Positions 9,613 to 19,819 of a DNA stretch of 64,000 bases are shown piece by piece (position 1 is the first letter of the stretch; every line of letters begins with the position of its first letter). Position numbers and translations under genes: made by a program. The stretch comes from an uncultured Acidobacteriota bacterium (GTDB lineage Bacteria; Acidobacteriota; Thermoanaerobaculia; UBA5066; Gp7-AA6), in contig CAVULG010000007.1 in assembly GCA_963742245.1 (NCBI GenBank), positions 572,406 through 636,405 of the forward strand. The letters run 5' to 3'. Under the pieces are notes generated by a model. The model had not been told where the DNA came from and ran no database searches. It worked only from the letters and a program-made list of their open reading frames with translations.

Positions 9613-9918
9613 CTAGCTCCCGGAGCCGACGACGCGGGGAACGACGCCGTAGCCGTGGACCTGCGCCGGGGAATTCGCGGCAAACGACTCGGCGCCCCGG
9701 CCGTCTCGCGGCGCATCCTCCCGCGCCGGCGTCGCGGCGGAGGGTCGCGCAGCCGCAAAGGCGTCCTCGGGGATCTGCTTCAACTGCTCGATGTACCCGA
9801 CGATGCGCGAGAGCTGCTCGGTCCAGAGAGGCAGCTCGGCCGCCGGCAGGCGGAGTCGGGCGAGCGCCGCGACCGCGCGCACCACGTCGGGAGTGACAAC
9901 ACGCGACGAGGATGACAT
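9613..9918 (-). CDS. gatC: Asp/Glu-tRNA amidotransferase subunit C
   Basis: C-terminal 101 codons of ORF 9613..11130 beginning MSSSSRVVTPDVVRAVAALARLRL; immediately upstream of gatA. Confidence 0.8.
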   Translation of the reverse strand: MSSSSRVVTPDVVRAVAALARLRLPAAELPLWTEQLSRIVGYIEQLKQIPEDAFAAARPSAATPAREDAPRDGRGAESFAANSPAQVHGYGVVPRVVGSGS

Positions 9919-9939
9919 CCTCGAAATTGTACCAGCCCG

Positions 9940-11208
9940 ATGCGCCGACGCCCCTCGCGCGACCCCTCTCGAGACCTCTTCCGCCTGAGGCGGCGGGCCG
10001 ACGTCCGCGCGCTCGCCGCCGCGGCATCGCGCGCGCGCATCGAAGCCTGGATCGTCGGCGGCGCCGTGCGCGATGCCCGCCTCGGTCTGCCGGTGCCGGA
10101 CGTCGACGTCGCCGTGTCGCGCGACGCGGAGGGGCTCGCGCGGGCCCTCGAGGAAGCCGGCGCGGGCCGCGCGATCTTTCTCTCGCGCGACCGGCCCGGG
10201 CCGCGCGTCTACCGGGTTGCGGGCCGCCGCACCCTCGACATCGCCGAGGTCGAGGGCGGCTCGATCGAGGCGGACCTCGAACGACGCGACTTCACGGTGA
10301 ACGCGATTGCCGTCCCCGTCCAGGCCGGCGCGGTGCTCGACCCGTTCGGGGGTCTCGAGGACCTCGCCCGGCGACGCCTGACACCCGTGCGCGCCGCGAA
10401 CCTCCGCGACGATCCGCTCCGCGCCCTGCGTGCCGCGCGCTTCCTCGCGACGCACCGCCTCGTGCCCACCCGGGAAACGCTGGCCGCCTCCCGGGCCGCG
10501 GCTCCGCACCTGTCGGCCGCGGCCGCGGAACGCATCGGCGGCGAGATCGCGAGAATCCTCGGAGCTCCCCGCGCCGCGCCCGCCGCGGCGTGGGCCGCGC
10601 GGGCCGGCATCCTGGCCGCGGCCCTGGGCGTCTCGCCGGAGATGGTCGCGCGGGCAGTCCGGGCGCTTGCCCCGTTCGACGACGCGGCGACACGAGGTCT
10701 CGCGGAGCCGCGGCGGCGTCGCATCCGCCTCGGGGCGCTCGCGTTCGCGCTCGGGCTCGAAGGCCGGCAGACCCGTGAATGGCTCGCGGCGCGCCGGCTG
10801 CCTCGAACCGACGTCGAGACGGCGGCGCGCCTGACCGAGCTCGCGCTCCAGGCGCTCGCGGGTCCCGGGCGGGGTGCACCGCGCCGGGAGGCCTGGCGCT
10901 GGATCCTGGATGCGGGGGCGCTCGCCCCCGACGCCCTGCACCTGCTGTCCCGGCTGGGCCGGCGCGCGCGCGACCGGGCCCGGACGCTCGCGCCGCTCAC
11001 GCGCCGCAAACCGCGGCGGGTCCGCTTGAGCGGCGAAGACGTCATGCTCTGGCTCGGCATCCCGGCCGGCCCGCAGGTTGGGCGCTGGCTGGAGGAACTT
11101 GCCGTGGCCGCCGCCGCCGGCGAGGTGCAAAGCCGGCGTGAAGCGCGGAACTGGCTGACCGGACAGGTCCGGGAAGCGCCCGCAGCGGCTATAATCCCTC
11201 TACATTGA
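9940..11208 (+). CDS. CCA tRNA nucleotidyltransferase / poly(A) polymerase family protein (start may lie ~60 nt downstream)
   Basis: ORF 9940..11208; IVGGAVRDARLGLPVPDVDVAV head-domain motif; only 21 bp separates it from divergent gatC, so start is uncertain. Confidence 0.7.
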   Translation: MRRRPSRDPSRDLFRLRRRADVRALAAAASRARIEAWIVGGAVRDARLGLPVPDVDVAVSRDAEGLARALEEAGAGRAIFLSRDRPGPRVYRVAGRRTLDIAEVEGGSIEADLERRDFTVNAIAVPVQAGAVLDPFGGLEDLARRRLTPVRAANLRDDPLRALRAARFLATHRLVPTRETLAASRAAAPHLSAAAAERIGGEIARILGAPRAAPAAAWAARAGILAAALGVSPEMVARAVRALAPFDDAATRGLAEPRRRRIRLGALAFALGLEGRQTREWLAARRLPRTDVETAARLTELALQALAGPGRGAPRREAWRWILDAGALAPDALHLLSRLGRRARDRARTLAPLTRRKPRRVRLSGEDVMLWLGIPAGPQVGRWLEELAVAAAAGEVQSRREARNWLTGQVREAPAAAIIPLH

Positions 11209-12659
11209 CTCTCGCCGAATTGCTCAAGTTCATGGCCAAGAAGGAGGCCTCCGACCTCCACTTGAAGCCCATGCGGCCGCCCTTGCTGCGCATCAAGGGC
11301 CGGCTGATCCCCTTGAACGCAGAGGCTTTGCAGCCCAAAGACCTCGAGGAGATGCTGCTCGCGATCCTCACTCCGGCGCAGCGCGAGCGCCTCGAGAAGA
11401 ACCAGTCCGTCGACGTCGGCTACGGCCTGACCGGGGTCGCCCGTTTCCGCTGCAACATTTTCGTCCAGCGGGGCTCGTACGCCGCGGTCTTCCGGCGGAT
11501 CCCGTTCAAGCTGCCCTCGATCTCCGAGCTCAACCTTCCCGACGTTCTCGAGACCTTCGTCCACCTGCCCAAGGGTCTGGTCCTCATCACCGGACCCACG
11601 GGCTCGGGCAAGTCGACGACGCTCGCGGGAATCATGCGCTCGATCATCGAAAAGCGGCCGGTCCACATCGTGACGATCGAGGATCCCATCGAGTTCCTCT
11701 TCGCCGACGGGAAGGCCGCCGTCTCGCAGCGCGAGGTCTCGACCGACTCCCCCAGCTTCGGCGAGGCGCTCAAGAACATGTTCCGGCAGGACCCGGACGT
11801 GATCATGGTCGGCGAGATGCGCGACTGGGGAACGATGCAGACCGCCATCACGGCGGCTGAGACCGGCCACCTCGTCTTCTCGACCCTCCACACCAACAGC
11901 GCCGCGCAGTCGATCGACCGCATCATCGATTCCTGTCCCCAGGAGCAGCAGGCCCAGGTCCGCTCGCAGCTTTCGATCGTCCTGCGCGCCATCGTCTCGA
12001 TGAACCTCATCGAGATCTCCGACGGGACCGGGCGCGCCGCGGTCGTCGAAGTCATGATCAACAGCCCGAAGGTCGAGAAGCACATCCTCTCCGGCGAGGT
12101 CAAAGAGATCCACGAGGAGATGGAGAACTCGGTCAATTACTACAAGATGCAGTCGATGAACCAATCCCTCATCGCGCTGCTCGTGAACAAGCGCATCACC
12201 TACGCGAAGGCGATGGAGATCTCGGTGGATCCGGAAGATCTGTCGCTCAAGCTGCGGAAACTCTTCCCGCAGATCGAGGAGAACCAGCGAGGAGGCCTCA
12301 TGGCGTCCGACAACGACTTTTCGCAGATCACCCAGTTGATCGAGATCAAGCGTCTGTACGAGGAGCAGGAAGAGAAGTGGAAACTGCGCCTCACGGAGAA
12401 AGAGGAAGAGCTCAACAAGTACCAGATGGAGCTGCGCGATCAGCGCAAGATCATCGAGGGCCGCGATCAGGTTCTGGGCGACGTCGAGGGCGAGAACAAC
12501 CGCCTCAAGGCCGACAACGACCGCGTCAGCCGCGAGTTCCAGCAGAAGATCGCGCAGTTGAACGAGCGGATCAAGGAGCTCAACCAGCGCCTCGTGGGTT
12601 CGGAGGGTGGCGGCCCCAAGGCCGCGGCCGGACAGGGCGGCGGCTTCTTCAAGAAGTAG
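11205..12659 (+). CDS. pilT: Type IV pilus retraction ATPase PilT family with ~130-aa C-terminal coiled-coil extension
   Basis: ORF 11205..12659; Walker A GPTGSGKSTT, PilT N-term MTLAELLKFMAKKEASDLHL; residues ~350-484 are E/K/R/Q-rich heptad-like (EEQEEKWKLRLTEKEEELNKYQMELRDQRK...) ending in Gly-rich tail; ATGA overlap with upstream cca gene. Confidence 0.8.
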   Translation: MTLAELLKFMAKKEASDLHLKPMRPPLLRIKGRLIPLNAEALQPKDLEEMLLAILTPAQRERLEKNQSVDVGYGLTGVARFRCNIFVQRGSYAAVFRRIPFKLPSISELNLPDVLETFVHLPKGLVLITGPTGSGKSTTLAGIMRSIIEKRPVHIVTIEDPIEFLFADGKAAVSQREVSTDSPSFGEALKNMFRQDPDVIMVGEMRDWGTMQTAITAAETGHLVFSTLHTNSAAQSIDRIIDSCPQEQQAQVRSQLSIVLRAIVSMNLIEISDGTGRAAVVEVMINSPKVEKHILSGEVKEIHEEMENSVNYYKMQSMNQSLIALLVNKRITYAKAMEISVDPEDLSLKLRKLFPQIEENQRGGLMASDNDFSQITQLIEIKRLYEEQEEKWKLRLTEKEEELNKYQMELRDQRKIIEGRDQVLGDVEGENNRLKADNDRVSREFQQKIAQLNERIKELNQRLVGSEGGGPKAAAGQGGGFFKK

Positions 12660-12727
12660 CGCCTTCCGCCGGAAGCGCGACACCGCGTCGGGTCCGGCCC
12701 CCTCGCAGCTCCGCCTCGCGCACTAGA

Positions 12728-14134
12728 ATGCGCGGTGTGACGGCCGCCGCCGCGTTGCGCGCAACAGTTCTCTCGATCCTCTCGATCTTCCCGCTCCTCC
12801 CGGTCCGCCCGCTTTTCGCGGTCCCGGCAACCCCCGGGCCGGACTCGTTCGCTCTCACGCAGGCCGAGGCGCTCCTGGAGCGCCGCGACTACCGGGGCGC
12901 CGAGATCGCCCTGCGGAAGATTCTCGAGGCCGACCCGTCCAATGCCCGCGCCCACGGCAACCTCGCCCTGGCCCTCCTCGAACAGAAGCGCCTGCCGGAA
13001 GCCATCGACGAGGGCCGTCTGGCCGCGGCCTTCGCTCCGGATCTGCCGGAGGCCCGCTACATCTACGGGATGACCCTGTCGCGCGGCGGACGCCCGGTCG
13101 ACGCCGCCCGGGAGTTCGAGAAGGCCGTCGCCGGCCGACCCGACTCCCCGGGCCTCCTCGGCGCCCTCGCCGCGGCCTACGCCGCGACCGGGGACGACCG
13201 CACCGTGGCGACCTACACCCGGCTCATCGCCCTCAAGCCCGACGATCGCCGCGCGTACGTGGAGCTGTCCGAGTACCTCTGGCGGATCGACCGCCACGCC
13301 GAGGGCAACCGGGTCATCGCCGACGCGCGCAAGGCGTTTCCCGAGGATCGGGACGTCGCGCTGAGACAGGGGCGCGCCTTCGTCCACCAGGACCTCGCCG
13401 TCGACGCCGTCGCCGCCCTCGAGGCCGCCCGCCGCCTCGGAGCCGGGGACGCGGCGACGTTCGAGCTCCTGGCGAGCGCCTACGCGCGGACGAACACTCC
13501 CGGCGCGGCGCGGGGAGCCCTGGAGGCCGGGATCGCGGCGCACCCCGACGACGCGGCGCTGCGCCACGACCTCGGCCGCCTGTTGCTTTCGGAGGGAATG
13601 AGCGCCGAGGCCCTGCCGCAGCTCGAAAAGGCGGCCGCCTCCCCGGGAGCCACGGCGGCCATGGCGTTGGACCTCGGCCGGGCGCTCGAGGCGCTCGGAC
13701 GGCCCGCGGAGGCCGAGGCGGCCTTCCGGAGTGCGATCCGCCTCTCGCCCGGGCTGGCCGGCGCCCACTTCGCCCTGGGACGCCTGCTCCAGCGCCAGGG
13801 CCGCAAGGACGAGGCCGAGCGGGAGCTCGCGGCGCATCGCGATCTCTACGAGAAGGGCCTCCAGCGCGTGGCCGCGGCCGATGCGCGGTCGGCCGAGCTT
13901 AATCACGCCTGGGCCGAGCTCAATCACGGCAACGCGGTCTCCTCCCTGGCGCGCTTCCAGGCCCTGCCCGAGACGGCCGAGGTCCTGCGCGGGCGCGCCC
14001 TCGCCCTCTCGCGCATGGGCAAGCATCGCGACGCCGCGGCTTCGATCGCGCGGGCGCTCGAGCTCGCGCCCGGCGATCCCCGTCTCGAGCTCCTCCTCGT
14101 CACCGAGCGGTCCCGCGCGGGCACCGGTCCGTGA
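12728..14134 (+). CDS. Secreted TPR repeat protein
   Basis: Internal start MRGVTAAAALRATVLSILSIFPLLP (ATG 12728) in ORF 12377..14134; multiple TPR-like repeats. Confidence 0.65.
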   Translation: MRGVTAAAALRATVLSILSIFPLLPVRPLFAVPATPGPDSFALTQAEALLERRDYRGAEIALRKILEADPSNARAHGNLALALLEQKRLPEAIDEGRLAAAFAPDLPEARYIYGMTLSRGGRPVDAAREFEKAVAGRPDSPGLLGALAAAYAATGDDRTVATYTRLIALKPDDRRAYVELSEYLWRIDRHAEGNRVIADARKAFPEDRDVALRQGRAFVHQDLAVDAVAALEAARRLGAGDAATFELLASAYARTNTPGAARGALEAGIAAHPDDAALRHDLGRLLLSEGMSAEALPQLEKAAASPGATAAMALDLGRALEALGRPAEAEAAFRSAIRLSPGLAGAHFALGRLLQRQGRKDEAERELAAHRDLYEKGLQRVAAADARSAELNHAWAELNHGNAVSSLARFQALPETAEVLRGRALALSRMGKHRDAAASIARALELAPGDPRLELLLVTERSRAGTGP

Positions 14135-15792
14135 GCTTCCTCTCCCTCGCGCTCCTCGCGCTCCTCGGAGCTCCTCTCGGCGGCACGGCCGCGGCGGCGA
14201 CCGCGACGGCGACAGACTGCCCCGTAACGTTCTCCGACGTCGCTGCGGCGGCGGGGCTGCGATTCGTGCACGACCGCGGCGCCGCGGGCGAGCACCGGCT
14301 GCCGGAGATGATCGGCTCCGGAGTCGCCTGGCTCGACTACGACAACGACGGCTGGATGGACCTGTACGTCGTGCAGAGCGGCCCCTTCCCGCCCGCCGGA
14401 AGCATGAAGGCGCGCGACCGTCTCTACCGCAACCGCGGCGACGGCACGTTCGCCGACGTCACGGAACGCGCGGGCCTCGCCGACACGGCCTACGGGATGG
14501 GCGCGATCGCCGCCGACTTCGACAACGACGGCTTCGCCGACGTCTACGTCACCAACTGGGGCGGCAACCTCCTGCTCCGCAACCGGGGCGACGGTACGTT
14601 TGCCGACGTGACCGCGAAAGCCGGAGTGGCGGGCCCGCGCTGGGGCACGAGCGGCGCCTGGGGCGACGCGGACGGCGACGGACTCCTCGACCTCTTCGTC
14701 GCGCAGTACGCCGACGACCGCAAGGACAAGACGCTCTTCTGCGGCGACGCGACGACCGGCGAACGCGACTACTGCCCGCCGATCATGTACGACCCCACCG
14801 TCAGTGTCTTCTACCGCAACGCCGGAGGCGGGACCTTCCGGGATGCCACGCGCGAGGCCGGCCTCGACAAGGCGCAGGGCAAGGCGCTCGGGGTGGTCTT
14901 CGCCGACCTCGACCTCGACGGGAGGCAGGACGTCTACGTCGCCAACGACCAGATGATGAACCTTCTCTTCCGCAACCTCGGAGGCGGACGGTTCGAAGAT
15001 GCGTCTGTAACCTCCGGAACCGGCTTCGGTCTCGAGGGCCAGCCCCAGGGCGGCATGGGCGTCGACGCCGGCGATCTCGACGGCGACGGCCTGCCGGACC
15101 TCGCGGTGGCCAACTACGAGTACGAGACCAACGAGTACTACCGCAACCTCGGCGCGGGTGTGTTCGAGGACCTCTCGGTCTCCTCGAACTTCGGGCCGCC
15201 GACCCTGCCCTACGTGAAGTTCGGGCTCAATCTCGTCGACGTCGACAACGACGGCGACCTCGACGCGTTCATGGCCAACGGCCACATCTACGCGAAGCCC
15301 AAACGCCAGGGGGCCACGGCCGAGCAGAAGCCGCTGCTCCTGTGGAACGACGGCAAGGGCCGGTTCCGCTCACAGGGCTGCGGCCCGGTCTTCGAGGTCG
15401 CGCTCGTCGGCCGCGGCTCGGCCGTGGCGGACTACGACAACGACGGCGATCCCGACATCGCGGTGTCGAACTCCGGCGGGCAGCTGCAGCTTCTCCGAAA
15501 CGACGGCCGCGCCGGCCGCTGGGTCGGCGTCGCCCTGAAGGGCCGCAAGTCCAACCGCCAGGGGATCGGCGCGCGGCTCACCGCCGAGCTGCCGTCGGGC
15601 CGGAAGCTCCAACGGCTCGTGCAGGCCGGGTCGAGCTACCTCTCGACGTCGGACCCGCGCGTGCTTTTCGGCCTCGGGAACGAGGCGTCGATCCGCAAGC
15701 TCACGATCACATGGCCGTCCGGGATGGTCCAGACGGTGGCGGACCTTCCGGCGGGGAAGTACGCGACCATCGAAGAAACCGCTGCGAAATAG
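14131..15792 (+). CDS. CRTAC1 family protein (FG-GAP/VCBS repeats + ASPIC/UnbV C-terminal domain)
   Basis: ORF 14131..15792; signal peptide; repeated DxDxDGxxD-containing FG-GAP-like units (LDYDNDGWMDLYV, ADFDNDGFADVYV, GDADGDGLLDLFV); ATGA overlap with TPR gene. Confidence 0.8.
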   Translation: MSFLSLALLALLGAPLGGTAAAATATATDCPVTFSDVAAAAGLRFVHDRGAAGEHRLPEMIGSGVAWLDYDNDGWMDLYVVQSGPFPPAGSMKARDRLYRNRGDGTFADVTERAGLADTAYGMGAIAADFDNDGFADVYVTNWGGNLLLRNRGDGTFADVTAKAGVAGPRWGTSGAWGDADGDGLLDLFVAQYADDRKDKTLFCGDATTGERDYCPPIMYDPTVSVFYRNAGGGTFRDATREAGLDKAQGKALGVVFADLDLDGRQDVYVANDQMMNLLFRNLGGGRFEDASVTSGTGFGLEGQPQGGMGVDAGDLDGDGLPDLAVANYEYETNEYYRNLGAGVFEDLSVSSNFGPPTLPYVKFGLNLVDVDNDGDLDAFMANGHIYAKPKRQGATAEQKPLLLWNDGKGRFRSQGCGPVFEVALVGRGSAVADYDNDGDPDIAVSNSGGQLQLLRNDGRAGRWVGVALKGRKSNRQGIGARLTAELPSGRKLQRLVQAGSSYLSTSDPRVLFGLGNEASIRKLTITWPSGMVQTVADLPAGKYATIEETAAK

Positions 15793-16150
15793 ACGCCCGC
15801 GACGCGGCGAGCGCTCCGGCGAATCCGCCGACCGTATCGAGGACCGCGTCCAGGCCCTCCATGAAACGGCCCGGGATCCAGGCCTGGTGGATCTCGTCGA
15901 GCGTCCCCCAGACGGCGAGGATGCCCGCCACGGCGAGCGCCCGGAGAAGCGAGAAGCGCGGCCCGCCGCGCCAGGCGATCGCGAAATAGAGAAGGAATCC
16001 CTCGACGCCGTAGAGGAACGCGTGGCCCGCCTTGTCGACGCTCGGGATCCAGGAGATGGCCGGGATGTCGGGCGGCGACGGCCAGGATGTGAGCGCGAGC
16101 AGAAAGACGCCCCAGGCGACGGCCGCGCGGCGGGCGAAGCGGCGGGTCAT
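15707..16150 (-). CDS. VanZ-like family membrane protein
   Basis: Internal start MTRRFARRAAVAWGVFLLALTSW (ATG 16148-16150); DKAGHAFLYG...DEIHQAWIPGR VanZ motif; 86-nt convergent overlap with CRTAC1 gene. Confidence 0.55.
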   Translation of the reverse strand: MTRRFARRAAVAWGVFLLALTSWPSPPDIPAISWIPSVDKAGHAFLYGVEGFLLYFAIAWRGGPRFSLLRALAVAGILAVWGTLDEIHQAWIPGRFMEGLDAVLDTVGGFAGALAASRASISQRFLRWSRTSPPEGPPPSGPSRTAM

Positions 16151-16152
16151 CA

Positions 16153-16193
16153 GAAAGGGAAAAGGAAAAGGGCGCCGCGCGAACGCGACGCCC
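16153..16193 (-). terminator. Rho-independent terminator after rplQ (end of alpha operon)
   Basis: Minus-strand RNA GGGCGUCGCG-UUCG-CGCGGCGCCC (10-bp GC stem, UUCG loop) followed by UUUUCCUUUUCCCUUUCU. Confidence 0.65.
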
Positions 16194-16235
16194 CCTTCTC
16201 GAGTCGGCCCGGAATGCCGGAAACGTTTCGAACCG

Positions 16236-16835
16236 TCAGGCTCCACGCTTGGACGGGCCCGTCCGCGACGGACCCTTCTTGGGAGCGGGCTTGGCGGCCG
16301 GCTTGACCCGCTCGGCCTTCGGCGAGGCCGCCTTGCGCGGCTTCTGCTCGCGCGCGGCGTCCTCCCCGCCCTCGCCCTCGGACTTCTGCTTGCGGACCGT
16401 CTCGACCCGGCCGCCCGATGCGCGGCGCGCCCGGTCGGAGAGGGACTCCTTCTTCGGCCCGCGTTCCTTCGGCTCGAACTTGTAGTCGACGAACTCGAGG
16501 ATCGCAGCCTCCGCGGCGTCGCCCTTGCGGGCGCCGAGACGCAGGATCCGGGTGTACCCGCCGGGCCGGTCGACGAAGCGCGGCGCGATCGATTCGAAGA
16601 GCTTCTTGACGGTCGTGCGGTCCGGAATCCAGCGGGCGACCTGGCGGCGGGCCGCCACGCCGTCGTTCTTCGCCCGGGTGACCAGGCGCTCGGCGAGGGG
16701 CCGGAGCTCCTTGGCCTTGCTCAGCGTCGTCTCGATCCGCTCGTGCGTCATCAGGGACGCGAGCTGGTTCGAGAACATCGCCAGCCGATGGGACGTGGTG
16801 CGGCGGAGCTTGCGCCCCGCCCGATTGTGCTGCAT
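16236..16835 (-). CDS. rplQ: 50S ribosomal protein L17 with ~70-aa K/A/P-rich C-terminal extension
   Basis: ORF 16236..16835; N-terminal 125 aa match L17; C-terminal tail [35 protein letters not shown]. Confidence 0.9.
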   Translation of the reverse strand: MQHNRAGRKLRRTTSHRLAMFSNQLASLMTHERIETTLSKAKELRPLAERLVTRAKNDGVAARRQVARWIPDRTTVKKLFESIAPRFVDRPGGYTRILRLGARKGDAAEAAILEFVDYKFEPKERGPKKESLSDRARRASGGRVETVRKQKSEGEGGEDAAREQKPRKAASPKAERVKPAAKPAPKKGPSRTGPSKRGA

Positions 16836-16838
16836 GAG

Positions 16839-17819
16839 TTACTCGCTCTTGGCTTCGACCGGCTCGAGCTCCATCCCGAGGGACAGGCCCATGGGCCGGA
16901 GGATGTCTTTGATCTCGTTGAGGGACTTGCGGCCGAAGTTCTTGGTCTCGAGCATTTCCTTCTCGCTCCGCTGGACGAGGTCGCGGATCGTGCGGATGCC
17001 CGCGTTCTTGAGACAGTTCGCGCTGCGGACCGAGAGCTCCAGCTCGTCGACCGACTTGTTGAGGTACTCCGCCAGGTTCTCCGGCAGCTCTCCCTCTCCC
17101 GCGCCCTCGAGCGCCGTCTCGTGATCGGCGTTGACGAAGATCGTGAGGTGGTCGCGGAGCAGCGTGGCCGCCAGGCCCACGGCGTCCGTGGGCGAGATGG
17201 TGCCGTTGGTCCAGACCTCGAGGACGAGGCGGTCGTAGTCGGTGGCCTGGCCGATGCGGGCGGCCTCGACGTGGTAGTTCACGCGCCGCACGGGCGAGTG
17301 GACGGAGTCGATCGGAATGTAGCCGATGCCCATGTCGTCGTCGAAGTTCTTGTCGGCCGAGACGTAGCCGCGGCCCGTCGAGACGCGAAGCTCCGCCCGC
17401 AGGCGCCCGTTCTCCGAGAGCGTCGCGATCGGGGCATCCGGCTCGAGGATGTCGATCGCCGAGTCGCCCTGGAGGTCCGACGCGGTGACCTTGCCCTTGC
17501 GCTCGACGTCGATGGTCAGGAGCTTCTCGTCGGTGGTGTGCATCTTGATGGGGATCTGCTTGAGATTCAGGATGATGTCCGTCACGTCCTCGACGACGCC
17601 CGGCAGCGACGAGAACTCGTGGAGCACGCCCTCGATCTTCACGGCCGTGATGGCCGCCCCTTCGATCGAGGACAGCAGCACGCGCCGCAAGGCGTTGCCG
17701 ATGGTCGTCCCGAAGCCCCTCTCGAAGGGCTGGGCATAGAACTTTCCGTATGTCGATGTCAGCGTCTCGGTATCGATCTCGAGGCGCTTGGGCTTCTGAA
17801 AACCTTTCCAAAGCGTCAT
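16839..17819 (-). CDS. rpoA: DNA-directed RNA polymerase subunit alpha
   Basis: ORF 16839..17819, 326 aa, full-length alpha subunit homology. Confidence 0.95.
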   Translation of the reverse strand: MTLWKGFQKPKRLEIDTETLTSTYGKFYAQPFERGFGTTIGNALRRVLLSSIEGAAITAVKIEGVLHEFSSLPGVVEDVTDIILNLKQIPIKMHTTDEKLLTIDVERKGKVTASDLQGDSAIDILEPDAPIATLSENGRLRAELRVSTGRGYVSADKNFDDDMGIGYIPIDSVHSPVRRVNYHVEAARIGQATDYDRLVLEVWTNGTISPTDAVGLAATLLRDHLTIFVNADHETALEGAGEGELPENLAEYLNKSVDELELSVRSANCLKNAGIRTIRDLVQRSEKEMLETKNFGRKSLNEIKDILRPMGLSLGMELEPVEAKSE

Positions 17820-17844
17820 GACTTCTCCTCTCGGACTTCCCCGG

Positions 17845-18471
17845 TTACTTCGAGTACAGCTCGACGATCAGCTGCTCCTGGATGGGCAGCTTGATGTCTT
17901 CGCGCTTCGGCAGCTCCACGACCTTGCCGGAGAAAGCCTCCGGAGTCAGATCCAGCCAGGACGGGACGCCGCGGGCGCGGGCCGTTTCGACGGACGCCTT
18001 GATCTGCTCGTTGGCGCGGCTCTTTTCCTTGATGGCGACGACCTGGCCCTTGCCGACGCGGAAGGACGGGATGGAAACCTTCCTGCCATCCACCGTGACG
18101 TGGCCGTGGCGCACGAGCTGGCGTGCCTGCGCGCGCGAGGCCGCGAAGCCGAGCGCGAAGGTCACGTTGTCGAGACGGCGCTCCAGCTCCTCGAGCAGGT
18201 TGGCGCCGGTGATGCCCTTGCGGCGCTCCGCGCGCCCGAAGGCCAGACGAAACTGGCTCTCGAGCAGGCCGTAGATCCGCTTGACCTTCTGCTTTTCCCG
18301 AAGCTGAATGCCGTAGCCGAGCAGCTTCGAGCGCCGCCGGCCGTGCTGGCCGGGCGGGTAGTTGCGCCGCTCGATGGCGCACTTGTCCTTGAAACAGCGG
18401 TCCCCCTTGAGGAACAGCTTCATTCCTTCGCGCCGGCACAGCCGGCAGACCGATTCGCTGTATCGGGCCAA
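17845..18471 (-). CDS. rpsD: 30S ribosomal protein S4
   Basis: ORF 17845..18471; [16 protein letters not shown] zinc-type S4 N-terminus. Confidence 0.95.
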   Translation of the reverse strand: MARYSESVCRLCRREGMKLFLKGDRCFKDKCAIERRNYPPGQHGRRRSKLLGYGIQLREKQKVKRIYGLLESQFRLAFGRAERRKGITGANLLEELERRLDNVTFALGFAASRAQARQLVRHGHVTVDGRKVSIPSFRVGKGQVVAIKEKSRANEQIKASVETARARGVPSWLDLTPEAFSGKVVELPKREDIKLPIQEQLIVELYSK

Positions 18472-18602
18472 ACCCTTTTACCTCCTCAGCCCCATCATCG
18501 TGTTTTACGTCCTTCCTCCCGGCCGGGACCGAAGCGCCGGTTTACAGACGAGCCGCAGCCCGGAGGCTGGCGGCTATCGAAACAAACCCGTATTCCCCGG
18601 CG

Positions 18603-19049
18603 CTACACCCGCCGGCGCTTGCGCGGCCGGCAGCCGTTGTGGGGAATCGGGGTCGTATCCTTGATGGACTTGATGTCGATGCCGTTGGCCTGGAGTGCCC
18701 GGATGGCCGACTCGCGGCCGGCACCGGGGCCCGTCACGCGGACGTCGACCGAGCGCACGCCGTGCTCCTTGGCGTGCTCGGCGCAGTTGGCCGCGGCGAG
18801 CTGGGCGGCGAAGGGCGTGCCCTTGCGGGAGCCCTTGAACCCGATCCTCCCGGCCGAGGACCAGCCGAGCACGTTGCCCTCGGCGTCCGCGATCGAGACG
18901 ATCGTGTTGTTGAACGACGCGTTGACCGTCGCCGTCCCGTGCGGGATGTTCTTCTTTTCTTTCTTGGCCGCGCGTGCGCGCTTGCCCTTGGCGGGCTTGG
19001 CGCCTTTGTCCTTCTCGGGAACGGCGGATGCGGATGTGGGTTCAGCCAT
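18603..19049 (-). CDS. rpsK: 30S ribosomal protein S11
   Basis: ORF 18603..19049. Confidence 0.95.
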   Translation of the reverse strand: MAEPTSASAVPEKDKGAKPAKGKRARAAKKEKKNIPHGTATVNASFNNTIVSIADAEGNVLGWSSAGRIGFKGSRKGTPFAAQLAAANCAEHAKEHGVRSVDVRVTGPGAGRESAIRALQANGIDIKSIKDTTPIPHNGCRPRKRRRV

Positions 19050-19082
19050 GTCGTCCTCTTGCTTCTACTTCTTCCTGTTCGC

Positions 19083-19466
19083 CTACTTCTTCGTGGCCTT
19101 CTTCTTACCGGCGATCGTCTGCTTGCGCGGGCCCTTGCGGGTCCGGGCGTTGGTATGGGTGCGCTGCCCGCGCACCGGCAGGTTGCGCCGATGACGGAGT
19201 CCGCGGTAGCACCCGATGTCCATGAGGCGCTTGATGTCCACCGAGGTGTCCCGGCGCAGATCGCCCTCGACCTTGACGTCGTCGGTGATCACCTTGCGGA
19301 TCCGGACGACCTCCTCCTCGGACAGGTCCTTGACGCGCGTGTCGGGACGCACGTCGGCCTTCTCGAGGATGAAGTTCGACTTGGGCCGCCCGATCCCGAA
19401 GATGTAGGTCAGGCCGATCTCGACGCGCTTGTTGAGCGGCAGATCGACTCCCGCGATACGTGCCAT
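19083..19466 (-). CDS. rpsM: 30S ribosomal protein S13
   Basis: ORF 19083..19466. Confidence 0.95.
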   Translation of the reverse strand: MARIAGVDLPLNKRVEIGLTYIFGIGRPKSNFILEKADVRPDTRVKDLSEEEVVRIRKVITDDVKVEGDLRRDTSVDIKRLMDIGCYRGLRHRRNLPVRGQRTHTNARTRKGPRKQTIAGKKKATKK

Positions 19467-19469
19467 GGC

Positions 19470-19583
19470 TTACCCCTGCCTCTGCTTGTGCTTGGGCGTC
19501 ACGCAGATGATCCGCACGACTCCCTTGCGGTGCACGATCTTGCACTTGGCGCAAATTTTCTTGACCGATGCTCGGACTTTCAC
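19470..19583 (-). CDS. rpmJ: 50S ribosomal protein L36 (GTG start)
   Basis: Hand translation of minus strand: [37 protein letters not shown]; below ORF-track length cutoff. Confidence 0.85.
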   Translation of the reverse strand: MKVRASVKKICAKCKIVHRKGVVRIICVTPKHKQRQG

Positions 19584-19594
19584 GACGGACTCCC

Positions 19595-19813
19595 CTATTT
19601 GTACCGGTAGATGATCCGGCCCCGCGTCAAATCGTAGGGCGACAGCTCCACGAGAACCTTGTCGCCCGGCAGGATGCGGATGAAATTCTTCCGCATCTTG
19701 CCCGAGATGTGCGCCAGAACCTGATGTTTGTTCTCCAGCTCCACTTTGAACATCGCGTTCGGCAACGGTTCGACGACCGTCGCCATGACCTCGATTGCGT
19801 CGTCCTTCGACAT
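19595..19813 (-). CDS. infA: Translation initiation factor IF-1
   Basis: ORF 19595..19813, 72 aa. Confidence 0.95.
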   Translation of the reverse strand: MSKDDAIEVMATVVEPLPNAMFKVELENKHQVLAHISGKMRKNFIRILPGDKVLVELSPYDLTRGRIIYRYK

Positions 19814-19819
19814 GCGCTC

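Noticed and set aside
12377-12727. N-terminal 117 codons of ORF 12377..14134 overlapping the pilT tail
   Set aside because: Arg/Gly-rich with no homology. A proper signal-peptide start (ATG 12728) lies just downstream of the pilT stop.
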